This document shows positions 28,821 to 39,555 of a stretch of 64,000 bases of DNA, one piece after another. Origin of the DNA: Desulfocapsaceae bacterium (GTDB lineage Bacteria; Desulfobacterota; Desulfobulbia; Desulfobulbales; Desulfocapsaceae); assembly GCA_942490935.1 (NCBI GenBank), contig CALNZA010000020.1, positions 8,265 through 72,264 on the forward strand, in the 5' to 3' direction. Both the position numbers and the translations under genes were made by a program. The notes under the pieces are model-generated. The model was not told the DNA's origin. It was given only the letters and a program-made list of their open reading frames with translations, and ran no database searches. Numbering within the stretch: position 1 is the first letter of the stretch; each line of letters starts with the position of its first letter.

Positions 28821-29969
28821 TTAATAGATAGCTGAGCCAAACTCCTCAAAGACGGTGTTTATGGGTATGGCAAAGCCAATACCTTCTGTATCCTGTAGAA
28901 TCATTGTGTTAACACCGTGGACATAGCCATTTTCATCAATGAGTGGTCCACCACTGTTGCCAGGATTGATCGGTGCATCAGTCTGCAGAAACAGACTGCC
29001 ATCCTTAGGATCCTTTCTGTATCCGGAAAACACACCCGAAGTTACAGTATTTCTCAGACCAACGGGACTACCTATAGTGAAAACTTTGTCACCCTGCCGT
29101 ATCTGATATTTCTCAGGTGGACGCTGCAGATGATTAATATCATTTACAAAAAGTGCCATCAACGCTAAGTCATGCTTATCACTCAGAAGGAGATAGTTCG
29201 CAGTATACGAGCTCCCGTCAGCAAGGATGATTTTGATGTCAGATGGATTTACTTTTCCCTCAAGCTGTGCCAGCCGTCTTTCCGCTTCCTCAAGCTGTGG
29301 TAGAATATCGTTTAGCCCCCGCTCTCCTTCCTGAATAATAATTGCCATCTGGTTGCGAGTTGGCCCTTTTGGAGTCTGTCTCATTCTCTCACGCAGGTTA
29401 CGTATTTTCCTTCGTTCAAGATCAACCAGTTCCCGTGTTGTTTCTACCTTTCGACGGAAGTCAACAAGCTGGGATTCGTCCATTTTCACGACATGACGGT
29501 TTGTTACGATAAAGTTTTCACTTAAGAAAAATCCAGAGCCGGAGCCCCAGGGAGTTTCAATAGATACCGTTGCCTTCCTGGCCTCATCTATAGTCATTGG
29601 CCGAGCAGCTTGATTAACTTCTTCTTGCTGCACAGGTGAGGACACAGGCGTATCCCGCGTCACATTTTTCGGTTCCTTAACAACCTCTGCAACCGTAGCG
29701 GGCACTGCCCGTTGCGGATCTGGTGGGCTGTCTGTTTTCATATAATAATACGTACCACCGGCAGTCAGTAATACCAGAAGTAATGCCTGCACTGCTGACC
29801 ATAAACGTTTTCTTTGGTTTTCTCCGGCAGCTATTTGAGCAGACTGCTCTTTTTGCAAACGTTCCTGAGCTCTTTTGTATCTGGAAAATATTAGCCCACA
29901 TTCAGTACATTCAAGGGACACCCGTTGCTCATGGGAACATTTCGGACATCGAATCCGTTTCACTGCCAT
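28821..29969 (-). CDS. Membrane-anchored trypsin-like serine protease with N-terminal zinc ribbon
   Basis: CPKC...CTECG, one TM helix, GSGF, VTNRHV, DLAL, NPGNSGGP; no PDZ domain. Confidence 0.88.
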   Translation of the reverse strand: MAVKRIRCPKCSHEQRVSLECTECGLIFSRYKRAQERLQKEQSAQIAAGENQRKRLWSAVQALLLVLLTAGGTYYYMKTDSPPDPQRAVPATVAEVVKEPKNVTRDTPVSSPVQQEEVNQAARPMTIDEARKATVSIETPWGSGSGFFLSENFIVTNRHVVKMDESQLVDFRRKVETTRELVDLERRKIRNLRERMRQTPKGPTRNQMAIIIQEGERGLNDILPQLEEAERRLAQLEGKVNPSDIKIILADGSSYTANYLLLSDKHDLALMALFVNDINHLQRPPEKYQIRQGDKVFTIGSPVGLRNTVTSGVFSGYRKDPKDGSLFLQTDAPINPGNSGGPLIDENGYVHGVNTMILQDTEGIGFAIPINTVFEEFGSAIY

Positions 29970-30164
29970 TTTCACCTCCGGTTCCAGCGTAGTAATTTAT
30001 GAATTCCTTATCGGAATATATTCTGGATAGTGTAAAATACAATATGTAATGGTTTAATCCACCCGTTCATTGTTTCTGCAGCAATTCCACAAACAGGATC
30101 AACAACGGTAGAACAGCATCTTAGAAACCTAATACTTAAAAAAACAATCCTACACTCACATATC

Positions 30165-30584
30165 ATGCCCTTCTTACTGCAAATCACTCCAAATATTTCA
30201 CTCCCTGAGCATGAAATAGAATTCTCTGCCATTCGAGCCCAAGGCTCAGGGGGCCAGAATGTGAACAAGGTATCCAGCGCGGTGCACCTTCGTTTTGACA
30301 TTCGTGCCTCAACCCTACCAGAACAAATTCAGGAACGATTGCTGAAATTGCGTGATGCCCGGCTTACCAGTGACGGATGCCTGGTCATCAAAGCCCAGCA
30401 ATTTCGCAGTCAGGAAAAAAACAAGGAAGATGCATTGGAACGACTGGCAGCCGTAATTCGCTCCGCAACAGTAGTCCAGAAAAAACGAAAACCAACAAAA
30501 CCCAGCAAAGCAGCGAAAAAACGCCGTCTTGAAAGCAAAACAAAAAGAGGGCAGACCAAGGCCATGCGCAGGAAAGTTGAATAG
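30165..30584 (+). CDS. arfB: Alternative ribosome rescue peptidyl-tRNA hydrolase ArfB
   Basis: GSGGQNVNKV, RSQEKN, basic tail RKPTKPS. Confidence 0.95.
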   Translation: MPFLLQITPNISLPEHEIEFSAIRAQGSGGQNVNKVSSAVHLRFDIRASTLPEQIQERLLKLRDARLTSDGCLVIKAQQFRSQEKNKEDALERLAAVIRSATVVQKKRKPTKPSKAAKKRRLESKTKRGQTKAMRRKVE

Positions 30585-30601
30585 CCTGTTGTGTGAAAAG
30601 T

Positions 30602-31186
30602 TCAGGTAGCGTACAGATCTACATCAGGAAGATTCAGATACACATGCTCTACGGTTTCACAACGGGTGAGTACTTCAATAACAGCAGGATGTGGATCGAC
30701 CCAAATCCCCGGCAAGTTTCCTTCTTTTGAATCGACAATATCAAATGCCAGTTTTTCAACAGGTGGGCAGAACTCTGCTGTAACGCCCTTTTTATTCCCA
30801 CGGGCATCAACACGATACCAGCCGTACTTATGTAGATACACCGCATTTAGTCCATGCAGACAATAAGGAGGATGATCCGTTACGGTAAGTCGCTGATAGC
30901 AGAGTCCTGCAGGAATACCATTGGCACGTAGAAGTGCGGCAAGCAGATGACTTTTCGCATAACAATATCCAGTGCCATGTTCCAGTACCTCTGAAGCCTT
31001 GCAGGTTACCGGATTACAACGATAGTCCCAGCTGTGTCTTATTTGATCACGAACAAAAAGAAAACATGATCTTGCGATTTCCTCATCACTTTGCATCCCT
31101 TTTGCTAGTGATACTGCTCGCTCAAGCAGGGCTGGATGTTTCCAGTCAACGTATGTGCTGGATAAAAGATATTGCGCGGCATTCAC
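30602..31186 (-). CDS. Transglutaminase-like family protein
   Basis: GYCYAKSHL, LHGLNA, WYRVDARG. Confidence 0.88.
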   Translation of the reverse strand: MNAAQYLLSSTYVDWKHPALLERAVSLAKGMQSDEEIARSCFLFVRDQIRHSWDYRCNPVTCKASEVLEHGTGYCYAKSHLLAALLRANGIPAGLCYQRLTVTDHPPYCLHGLNAVYLHKYGWYRVDARGNKKGVTAEFCPPVEKLAFDIVDSKEGNLPGIWVDPHPAVIEVLTRCETVEHVYLNLPDVDLYAT

Positions 31187-31296
31187 AAAAAATCAGCTCT
31201 CAATTTTGATGTAAAAAAAAGCAGGAGTCAAAGAAAGGAGGTGAGAAGACATACACTGGCCAACAATGAGAAAGTGTTGCACCTATAGCAGAATGT

Positions 31297-31680
31297 CTAA
31301 AATATTTCGGTTATACTGAGTATCTTGTCATCACGAAAGCTCATCTCTGAAACTCCTTCTTGAATAAGAGTTTCACCAGCTTTCAGCCCACCAGTTGATT
31401 GTGTTGCCATAACTGTCGAGCAACTAATCTCCATGATAATCTGATTGCCTTTTTCATATAATTCCATGATTGTCAGTTTTCGTGAAGAAAAGAGATTCTT
31501 CCACAGGCCACCAAGATCACGAAATTCTTCAATTCCGTTTACAGCATAAACAGTTTTTCCATTTGAGATGCATGTGTAAGTGATTTCAGGTTGAAGCACC
31601 GAAATCATTGTCTCCACATCAAACGAGTTAAAGGCATGAACATAGCAGTCGACCACAGAGCGCTTCTCTTCAAGGTTCAT
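31297..31680 (-). CDS. NTF2/SnoaL-like protein
   Basis: YVHAFNSFDVETM...GIEEFR...KILSITE; GGAGG RBS before ATG 31680. Confidence 0.8.
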   Translation of the reverse strand: MNLEEKRSVVDCYVHAFNSFDVETMISVLQPEITYTCISNGKTVYAVNGIEEFRDLGGLWKNLFSSRKLTIMELYEKGNQIIMEISCSTVMATQSTGGLKAGETLIQEGVSEMSFRDDKILSITEIF

Positions 31681-32073
31681 ACATCGCCCTCCGTTATTTA
31701 GAGTCCCCGCCCCCCATTGCTGACAGTGCTCTACGACAGCAACCATAATGCCACCCGAAAACCTTGTATTTGGGCACCCCATTCTATCCACTAGTGCCAT
31801 CTATTTTCCAACATCTGAGACCAAACATCATCAGAAATCAATTCACTGCCGGATATGGAGACATACCCTGCTCCAGAAGCAACCCTATACAAACAAGCAT
31901 GGCACATAGTTCAGATAGTCATACATATAGTATAACTATTATTTGCAAGTAATGAAGCTCAATCGCCATGTACCTAAATCAACAACGCTTTATAATATAG
32001 AGGTCCCCTTCTTTTCCTTTACACATATTCATTTTCTGAACGTTTTATTTGCACATCTCAACTCTCATGACTT

Positions 32074-32799
32074 TCAGCTCGAGCGAATTGCACCAAATGC
32101 AGCAAAACATGCGTTTTTATGCAGTATTTCAACATGTTCGAATCCAACCCTACGTAAAAGATCCAGCTGATAGGTTACGGGCCGAGGTGAATCTTCTTTA
32201 TCAATATATGCCAGAACCTTATCTTTGTATTGCTCACCACCTGTTGCTTCCAGGTAGTTGGCATATCTTCTCCACATGAGTGACTGTACATGAGTGTTTT
32301 CGTGCGCTACCAGATCTGTAATCCAGAAACTGCCGCCAGGAGAAGTAAGCTGATAGATCTTCCTGAAAACCTTTTCCCAATCGTCATCTGAGCGTAGATG
32401 GTGCAGCACAGCTGCGGCTATAATAACATCGTAGCCACCTTCCAGTTCCACCTCGCGAAAATCTCCATGAAAGATTCTCACTTTACCATTGTTCACATCC
32501 TCAAGCCGTTCCCTGGCTCTGGAGAGCATAGGCAAACTCAAATCAACCAGATCGCAATCAAAAGAGGGTGTATGCCATGAAAGCTTTACACTGTTATTGC
32601 CAGCTCCACAGCCAATATCCAGAACTCGCCTGATTTTCGGCGTTGCCTGACAGGCTGCCTGGGTTATCAGTTCCATAGCCAGTGGGGCATCAATGGTAGC
32701 AGCCTGCCCCGTTTCTACGTTAGTAAACCGCTCGACATCATTGTCAAAACGATTTCGTATTTCCTCAACGGATGACTTCTGGTTTATCGGTGTTACCAT
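32074..32799 (-). CDS. Class I SAM-dependent methyltransferase (CmoA-like)
   Basis: VLDIGCGAGN, DLSLPML, AAVLHHLR. Confidence 0.88.
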   Translation of the reverse strand: MVTPINQKSSVEEIRNRFDNDVERFTNVETGQAATIDAPLAMELITQAACQATPKIRRVLDIGCGAGNNSVKLSWHTPSFDCDLVDLSLPMLSRARERLEDVNNGKVRIFHGDFREVELEGGYDVIIAAAVLHHLRSDDDWEKVFRKIYQLTSPGGSFWITDLVAHENTHVQSLMWRRYANYLEATGGEQYKDKVLAYIDKEDSPRPVTYQLDLLRRVGFEHVEILHKNACFAAFGAIRSS

Positions 32800-33290
32800 T
32801 ATTTATCCACAATCCATAGTTGCTTCCACATACGTTTGAACTGAGCGCCCGTTTATACCTGCCACCTTTCTGCAAGAGCGCCCTATGCCCATGGAGTACC
32901 AATTAAGATCGACTCGAATCTCTATTCTCAAGAGATGAATTCGTTTTTCAAAAAACAGGAGATTGGTTTATCAGTCAGATCTAAACAACAAAAAAGCAAC
33001 ATTTACTCGGTATCTCTATTAGGTTACGGGACTACGTACTGGGAACTTTCCATGTTAGGATCATCTTTGCAAGTACTTTTTGGCTATGTTCAAAATATTT
33101 TGCTTGTAGTGACAGAAACTTACCCAACATACCCGCCATCTAACGCAGAAGATGTACAGTAGATGTCACTCATACAGATACCGCCATGAATAGAAACTAC
33201 AGAATAATCACCTGAATATATTTACTTCTTTCAACGTTTCGAAAGCCAAAGTAAACGAAGATGAAATCACATTTGTTAGCTCACCGATTG

Positions 33291-33974
33291 TCAACAGGGC
33301 TTTCGAAAAAGAAATACATCCTTTCCTGCAATAGTGAGTTCTAAATTATAATGTTCTGCCAGCCAGACCAGAGTTGCTCTGCTGAAGAAACAGATATGGG
33401 TAGGGTCGCGTATATAATGCCAATTGCGAAATGCTATTTTATCGATCACAAGTTTTGTCATAATGCCCAGCCATGCCCCAGGTTTCAATAGAGAAACAAT
33501 CCTGGTAAGCTCACTGGCAGGACTTTGCAGATGCTCCACAACCTCAGTTGCACAAATAAAATCATACTTCTGGCTTAACAGTGTAGGGTCGTTATAGTAG
33601 AGTGGGTCATAGAGTTTGACCTGATGTTTGTGCTCATGAAACAACTGAAATAGTGCAGGTCCCGGGCCACAACCAAAATCGAGACCGTGGCATTGTCCCT
33701 CCAGTCGCTCTAATAACGGTGTCGCCATTCTGGACAAAAAACGAAGATATCCCCCATCTTCAGGGTCATTTTTGTGCAAGTCATAGACCCCCTTCTCCTC
33801 ATCACGAGTGAGCCAAAAATGACAGGGGACAAAAACAAGCTTACAGTGGTTACACTGCTGGTAGTCACGTTCTGCATCGGAGTAATATGGCTCAGTACAT
33901 CTCCCCTGGCACAGAGGACATTCATTTGTAGACAATGAAGTACCAGCCTCAACCAACCTGTTTCTCATTCGCAT
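33291..33974 (-). CDS. Class I SAM-dependent methyltransferase with N-terminal zinc ribbon
   Basis: CPLC...CNHC, LDFGCGPGP, EVVEH, WHYIRDPTHI. Confidence 0.88.
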   Translation of the reverse strand: MRMRNRLVEAGTSLSTNECPLCQGRCTEPYYSDAERDYQQCNHCKLVFVPCHFWLTRDEEKGVYDLHKNDPEDGGYLRFLSRMATPLLERLEGQCHGLDFGCGPGPALFQLFHEHKHQVKLYDPLYYNDPTLLSQKYDFICATEVVEHLQSPASELTRIVSLLKPGAWLGIMTKLVIDKIAFRNWHYIRDPTHICFFSRATLVWLAEHYNLELTIAGKDVFLFRKPC

Positions 33975-34328
33975 ACTCGGTGTTTACACAAAATTATCAT
34001 CTCAGCTCCAGCTAGAACGGATTATCTACGGTTCCTTTATACGATCTTTAAATCAGGGTCATCTTCCCACCTATAATCCCTTCTCACTAACACGCCGTCA
34101 ACACTATCATCATCTTTTTTAATACTACTGAGCACAAGTGCCAAGGGACATTCAGGTAGTATCAGCTTTGAGATTACTTCGAAGTGAGCAATTTGAACGA
34201 ATTGCAAAAAGACAGGAATGCCCGCTCATTGTCAGATGTATACCACAAGAGACAGAAGACGGACACTCCACTCGTACTGGCGGGTTCCTGAAAATATTAC
34301 CGTAATTCGACTACTTCATAGATTTTTT

Positions 34329-35018
34329 TCATTTCTCATTACACCCTATGAACCGATAAATCATCGCACCCAACAGTGCACCTACGATCGGTGCAAGCCA
34401 AAAGAGCCACAACTGAGTCACTGCCCAATCTCCAGCAAAAAGGGCAACTCCTGTACTACGGGCAGGGTTTACGGAGGTGTTGGTTACCGGAATACTGATC
34501 AGATGAATAAGGGTAAGACCTAGTCCGATGGCCAGAGGCGCCATGCCGGCCGGGGCACGGTCATCAGTTGCACCAAGAATAATCAACAAAAACATCATCG
34601 TCATAACCACCTCAGTAACAAGCGCAGCAAGCATGGAATAGCCACCAGGAGAATGCGCACCGAAACCGTTAGAGGCAAATCCTGCTGTTACATCAAAGCC
34701 TGCTTTACCACTCGCTATTACATAGAGAACACCTGCACCAGCAATAGCTCCCAATACCTGAGCAATAATATATGGCATCAATTCCTTTGCAGGAAATCTA
34801 CCACCCGCCCATAAGCCTATGGAGACAGCCGGGTTAAGATGGCAGCCTGAAATATGTCCTATCGCATAGGCCATAGTTAAAACAGTCAAACCAAATGCCA
34901 GGGCAACCCCAAGAAGGCCTATACCTACATCAGGAAACGCTGCAGCAAGAACTGCGCTTCCACAACCACCAAGCACCAGCCAGAATGTCCCAACAAATTC
35001 AGCACCTAACTTTTTCAT
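34329..35018 (-). CDS. aqpZ: Aquaporin Z
   Basis: Two NPA motifs (HLNPAVS, SVNPARS), AqpZ-type sequence throughout; GGAGG RBS before ATG 35018. Confidence 0.96.
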   Translation of the reverse strand: MKKLGAEFVGTFWLVLGGCGSAVLAAAFPDVGIGLLGVALAFGLTVLTMAYAIGHISGCHLNPAVSIGLWAGGRFPAKELMPYIIAQVLGAIAGAGVLYVIASGKAGFDVTAGFASNGFGAHSPGGYSMLAALVTEVVMTMMFLLIILGATDDRAPAGMAPLAIGLGLTLIHLISIPVTNTSVNPARSTGVALFAGDWAVTQLWLFWLAPIVGALLGAMIYRFIGCNEK

Positions 35019-35699
35019 ACTATCCTCCATTCATAATGTACTATCGTTGTAATGCTCACGTGTGAGCAGTAATTTTATCCATCAATTACTTCGATCTGCT
35101 CCTATCCTCAACGAGTAATCGACGGATTTCTTCAGACATCTTAATTTTGTGTAAAACTGTTCCATAGTGAGAGCAGAAACAATCAGGAAAATATGCCATA
35201 CATCACTGCGACGTTAAGCCAACAGTAATTTTATATTAAAAACATACGCCATGATATGCTGACTATTACCGCATAGGATATGTATAAAAGCGCAACACTC
35301 CTAACGCATTTCAAGAGGGAACGTGAACTAATATTTAATGCCACTATTTCTTTATACGATTCTGATATAACAGCTTTTCATTGTACCTGACAGCACCTGA
35401 CTTAACAATATTTGTTTGTCAGGCTTTTAACATTATCATTTCCGTAATGGTTTAGCTATCCCCACAAGATTTTAAAAATGAGGACAGGAATGCACGAAAA
35501 AATATTTGCTGCTTGAAGTGCCCATATATAAAAAAATCAGAACAGAGGGAATCACTTGAATTGATGGAATTATCGCCATATTTTTAATCATTAAACGAGC
35601 ACAATTTGAACATACCTGGACGATAATGATTGCCAACACCTTGAGAATCTGTTATTTTGTCCGGTTTTCAATGTGAGTGTCACGCCAGGAAGAACATGA

Positions 35700-35850
35700 C
35701 TGTAAATTGTGGAGATCTGGAGAGACACGTAAAGGCGAATTCCTTGGTACTACGTACCTGTTGCTAAGATGTAATAGGATCGCCTCCCCTTTCCCTTGCA
35801 GATGTCGTTTGCTCGTCTCTCCTTTGGGATCAACCCAAAACAGTTTACAG
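35700..35850 (+). promoter_or_regulatory. Structured 5' leader of deaD (candidate cis-regulatory RNA)
   Basis: Nested complementary segments 35700-09/35841-50, 35719-26/35815-22 and 35733-38/35780-85. Confidence 0.55.
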
Positions 35851-35858
35851 GATGTACT

Positions 35859-37670
35859 ATGTCTAAAGATTTTCTCACAGTAATGCCGCAGGACTTTTCA
35901 GAACTTGGCCTTGCAGAACCATTATTACGAGCACTTAACAGCTCAGGCTACAGCGAACCAACTCCCATCCAGGCAAAAATGATTCCCCATGTCATGGCGG
36001 GTCATGATGTTGTTGGCCAAGCACAGACCGGAACCGGCAAGACAGCGGCTTTTGCCCTCCCTCTGCTAAATCGGCTCCAAACTTCCAAGAAAGCTACACC
36101 CCAGGTACTTGTACTCACCCCAACACGGGAGCTTGCCATACAGGTAAGTGAGTCATTCAAGACGTATGGCTCTCAAATTAAGAATCTTCGTGTTCTTCCT
36201 ATTTTCGGTGGGCAGGAATACTCCGGTCAACTCCAGCAACTTCAACGTGGTGTTCATATCGTTGTTGGTACTCCCGGTAGAGTTATGGACCATATCCGAC
36301 GAGGCAGCCTAAACCTCTCCACCATTCAGACCCTCGTTCTTGATGAAGCAGACGAAATGCTTAAAATGGGTTTCCTTGAAGATGTTGAATGGATTCTTGA
36401 GCAAGCTCCAAAACAGCGTCAGATTGCACTCTTTTCAGCAACTATGCCATCCTCAATTCGTAGGATTGCTGGCACATACCTGAATGACCCTGTTGAAATT
36501 ACCATCAAAAATAAAACAGCAACTGCTTCTACTATCAGCCAGCATTATCTTATCACCAACGGTTTCAACGCTAAGCGTGATGCACTTGGCAAGATACTCG
36601 AAGCAGAAGTTGTAGATGGAATGCTGGTTTTTGTCCGCACCAAAATGCAGACTGTAGAGATTGCAGAATACATTACCGAGCGTGGCTACTCCTGCTCTGC
36701 ATTGAATGGCGATATTCCTCAGAGTCAGCGCCTTCGTACTGTTGAACAGTTGAAAGCAGGAAAACTTGACATCCTGATAGCTACAGATGTTGCCGCTCGC
36801 GGTCTTGATGTTGAACGAGTAAGCCATGTAGTTAACTACGATATACCTTTTGATACCGAAGCATACATTCACCGCATTGGCAGAACTGGTCGCGCTGGCC
36901 GTACTGGCAGAGCCATTTTATTTCTAACACCCCGTGAGAGATCGATGTTAAAATCCATCGAACGTGCCACGAGACAAAAAATAGAACTGATGGCACTTCC
37001 CACAGTGGCAGAGATTAATGCTAAGCGCATTGCTGACTACAAAGGAAAAATTTCTGAAACTCTAGCAACTGACTGTTCGTTTTTCGCAACACTTGTTCAA
37101 GAGTTTTGCCAGGATAATGACACCCCGGCTGAACTTGTTGCCGCAGCTCTTGCCAAGATGGCCCAGGGCAAAACCCCACTTCTGCTTAAAGATGAACCTC
37201 GACGGGAAAACCCTCGTAACAGTAGATTTTCCAGAAATGATGGCGACAGGAATCAGCGACAGGAACGCCGTCCGCGGCAAAGCAAACCACAAAGTGCTCG
37301 ACCAGACGAGGGCATGGACCGCTATCGTATAGAGATAGGTGAGTCCCATGGTGTTAAGCCAGGAAACATCGTCGGTGCCATAGCCAATGAAGCTGATATC
37401 AGCAGCGACCATATTGGTCGTATCTCTATCTTCGAAGACTACAGTACTGTAGACCTCCCTTATGGCATGCCTACTCAGCTCCTGAAGTTACTTCAGGGTG
37501 TACGGATTAACGGGCGCCCTATGAAAGCCCGCAAGGATGATCAGGCCCCTGTAGAGTCGTCCCCACGAAAATACGGCGCTGGCGGAAAAGGAAGAGGCTT
37601 CTCTAAAGCACCACGGCGAAAAAGCCCTGGTGGGAATAGATCGTTTTCAGCTAACGCGACAAAACAATAA
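35859..37670 (+). CDS. deaD: DEAD-box RNA helicase DeaD/CsdA with DbpA-type RNA-binding domain
   Basis: AQTGTGKT, PTRELA, DEAD, SAT, HRIGRTGRAG; GVKPGNIVGAIANE domain; basic tail. Confidence 0.93.
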   Translation: MSKDFLTVMPQDFSELGLAEPLLRALNSSGYSEPTPIQAKMIPHVMAGHDVVGQAQTGTGKTAAFALPLLNRLQTSKKATPQVLVLTPTRELAIQVSESFKTYGSQIKNLRVLPIFGGQEYSGQLQQLQRGVHIVVGTPGRVMDHIRRGSLNLSTIQTLVLDEADEMLKMGFLEDVEWILEQAPKQRQIALFSATMPSSIRRIAGTYLNDPVEITIKNKTATASTISQHYLITNGFNAKRDALGKILEAEVVDGMLVFVRTKMQTVEIAEYITERGYSCSALNGDIPQSQRLRTVEQLKAGKLDILIATDVAARGLDVERVSHVVNYDIPFDTEAYIHRIGRTGRAGRTGRAILFLTPRERSMLKSIERATRQKIELMALPTVAEINAKRIADYKGKISETLATDCSFFATLVQEFCQDNDTPAELVAAALAKMAQGKTPLLLKDEPRRENPRNSRFSRNDGDRNQRQERRPRQSKPQSARPDEGMDRYRIEIGESHGVKPGNIVGAIANEADISSDHIGRISIFEDYSTVDLPYGMPTQLLKLLQGVRINGRPMKARKDDQAPVESSPRKYGAGGKGRGFSKAPRRKSPGGNRSFSANATKQ

Positions 37671-37706
37671 CGACTACTCTAGGCACCTCTAGATAATTTA
37701 GACAAA

Positions 37707-37748
37707 AGGGAGAACTAAACCTCAAAGTTGGTTCTCCCTATTTATTTT
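37707..37748 (+). terminator. Intrinsic terminator after deaD
   Basis: AGGGAGAAC...GTTCTCCCT followed by ATTTATTTT. Confidence 0.65.
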
Positions 37749-37751
37749 ACT

Positions 37752-38582
37752 ATGCTGCAGAATACCTTTTGTCACATTCCCGGAATTGGAGCTGCTACGG
37801 AAAAACGTCTATGGGCCGCCGGAGTTACCAGTTGGGAGAAATGGCTGGAGCCTCCACCCATCAAACTTCCAAACAGTAGCAGATTAGAAATCCCCCACAT
37901 CCTGGACAAATCCCTTGACGCACTTAATGAAGACCCGGCGTTCTTTACAGGCCGCCTTCCTTCATATGAGCAATGGCGCGTATTCCCCCAATATCGCCAC
38001 AAAACCGCGTATATCGACATAGAAACCACCGGACTTGGTGATAATGCGGACTTAACCACTATTGCTCTCTATGATGGTAAAGATGTCCATTATTATGTTA
38101 ATGGCAAAAACCTCGAACAATTCCTTGAGGACATCTGGAAATTTAAGGTCCTGGTAAGTTACAACGGCAAGGCATTCGACATCCCCTTTTTGGAAAGATA
38201 TTTTCGGATCACACTAAATCACGCCCAAATTGACTTGCGTTATGTGTTGGCACGACTGGGTTTTAAGGGTGGGCTGAAAGGATGCGAAAAGATGTTAGGG
38301 ATCAATCGTGGTGAACTCGATGGGGTAGACGGTTATTTTGCGGTCCTGCTCTGGAATGAGTATGAAACATACAATGACATTAAAGCGTTGGAAACACTTC
38401 TTGCTTATAACATCGAAGACACGGTAAATCTCGAGCTATTGATGATCGAAGCCTACAATCGCAATGTCTCTGACACACCGTTTGCAAAAGAGTTGAAACT
38501 CCCCTCACCTCAAACGCCGATGCTGCCGTTTCAAGCAGATGTAGCCTGTGTAGAACGAGTTAAACGACGCTACGGTCTGTAA
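37752..38582 (+). CDS. YprB/RNase_H_2-like DEDD exonuclease with N-terminal HhH
   Basis: HIPGIG, YIDIETTG, YNGKAFDIP, GGLK, YNIED. Confidence 0.85.
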   Translation: MLQNTFCHIPGIGAATEKRLWAAGVTSWEKWLEPPPIKLPNSSRLEIPHILDKSLDALNEDPAFFTGRLPSYEQWRVFPQYRHKTAYIDIETTGLGDNADLTTIALYDGKDVHYYVNGKNLEQFLEDIWKFKVLVSYNGKAFDIPFLERYFRITLNHAQIDLRYVLARLGFKGGLKGCEKMLGINRGELDGVDGYFAVLLWNEYETYNDIKALETLLAYNIEDTVNLELLMIEAYNRNVSDTPFAKELKLPSPQTPMLPFQADVACVERVKRRYGL

Positions 38583-38622
38583 CACTAAACCCCAAGGCCC
38601 GATGAGTTCTTAATCAACTCGC

Positions 38623-39543
38623 CTAAAGCGTTATCAGATCACCCTCTCTGGCAAAAAACACCTCGGTGTCACCATATTTACCGGGTTGACAATACTCTTT
38701 TGCCATCTCGTCCATTTGGGCATCAGTACGATCAGGGTCATGGTGAAAGAGTGCCAGTTTTTTTACACCAACACGGTTGGCAGATTCGATCACATGCTCA
38801 AAAGTTGAATGCCCCCAGCCTACTCTGGCACTCACATACTCCTCATCCGTATATTGGCTGTCATGAATAAGCAGATCTGCACCTGTATAGAATTCTTCAA
38901 GAACCATATTTTGCTCTTGGGCAACTTCCTCACCCTCATAAGCCATGGCCTCATCGTAATCAGGGTGCTCGGGATCAGTGATGAAGAGATTGCGAAACGG
39001 TTCCGTATCGTAGCAGGTACAAACCTTCTTACCTTCGTACTCAAAACGATAGCCCAGAGCCGTAATGGGGTGGTTAAGCAGCTTGGTGACCACATTTAAC
39101 CCTCCACCCAAATCAATACCAGGGTTTTCCGTCAGACTGATATACTCAATTTTTGAAGCAAGCTCTCCCATGTTCACAGGAAAGTAGCGATATTTCATCT
39201 GCCCACCGACAACATCCTCCAAAGGGTCATCCTCAAAAGTCACAGGACCGTAGACTTTTATTTGAGTACCAGGAATGTAAATCGGGGTAAAATATGGAAA
39301 CCCCATAATATGATCCCAGTGGGTGTGTGAAAGAAAAATAGACGTGTCTATGGGGCCTTTAGGCAAGTCATTCTTAAGAAGATAGGTACCAAGATCCCTA
39401 ATACCAGAACCGGCATCAATGATTATTAATCTATCGTCCTCACCCACACGTAATTCGATGCATGCGCTGTTCCCACCATACTTTTGCGTGGCTGGCCCTG
39501 GACAGGGAATAGATCCACGGACACCCCAAAACCGAATTTTCAT
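38623..39543 (-). CDS. MBL-fold metallohydrolase (phosphodiesterase-like)
   Basis: FWGVRGSIP, DAGSG, SHTHWDH, GWGHS, FHHDP. Confidence 0.9.
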   Translation of the reverse strand: MKIRFWGVRGSIPCPGPATQKYGGNSACIELRVGEDDRLIIIDAGSGIRDLGTYLLKNDLPKGPIDTSIFLSHTHWDHIMGFPYFTPIYIPGTQIKVYGPVTFEDDPLEDVVGGQMKYRYFPVNMGELASKIEYISLTENPGIDLGGGLNVVTKLLNHPITALGYRFEYEGKKVCTCYDTEPFRNLFITDPEHPDYDEAMAYEGEEVAQEQNMVLEEFYTGADLLIHDSQYTDEEYVSARVGWGHSTFEHVIESANRVGVKKLALFHHDPDRTDAQMDEMAKEYCQPGKYGDTEVFFAREGDLITL

Positions 39544-39555
39544 TGTGTTCCCGGG

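Noticed and set aside
32935-33162. 75-aa ORF with faint LysR-like stretch (LFGYVQNILLVVTE)
   Set aside because: Too little similarity and no HTH; cannot be supported
35859-38582. Helicase plus YprB-like exonuclease as an MrfAB-type DNA repair pair
   Set aside because: The helicase is a DeaD-type RNA helicase and a terminator separates the two genes
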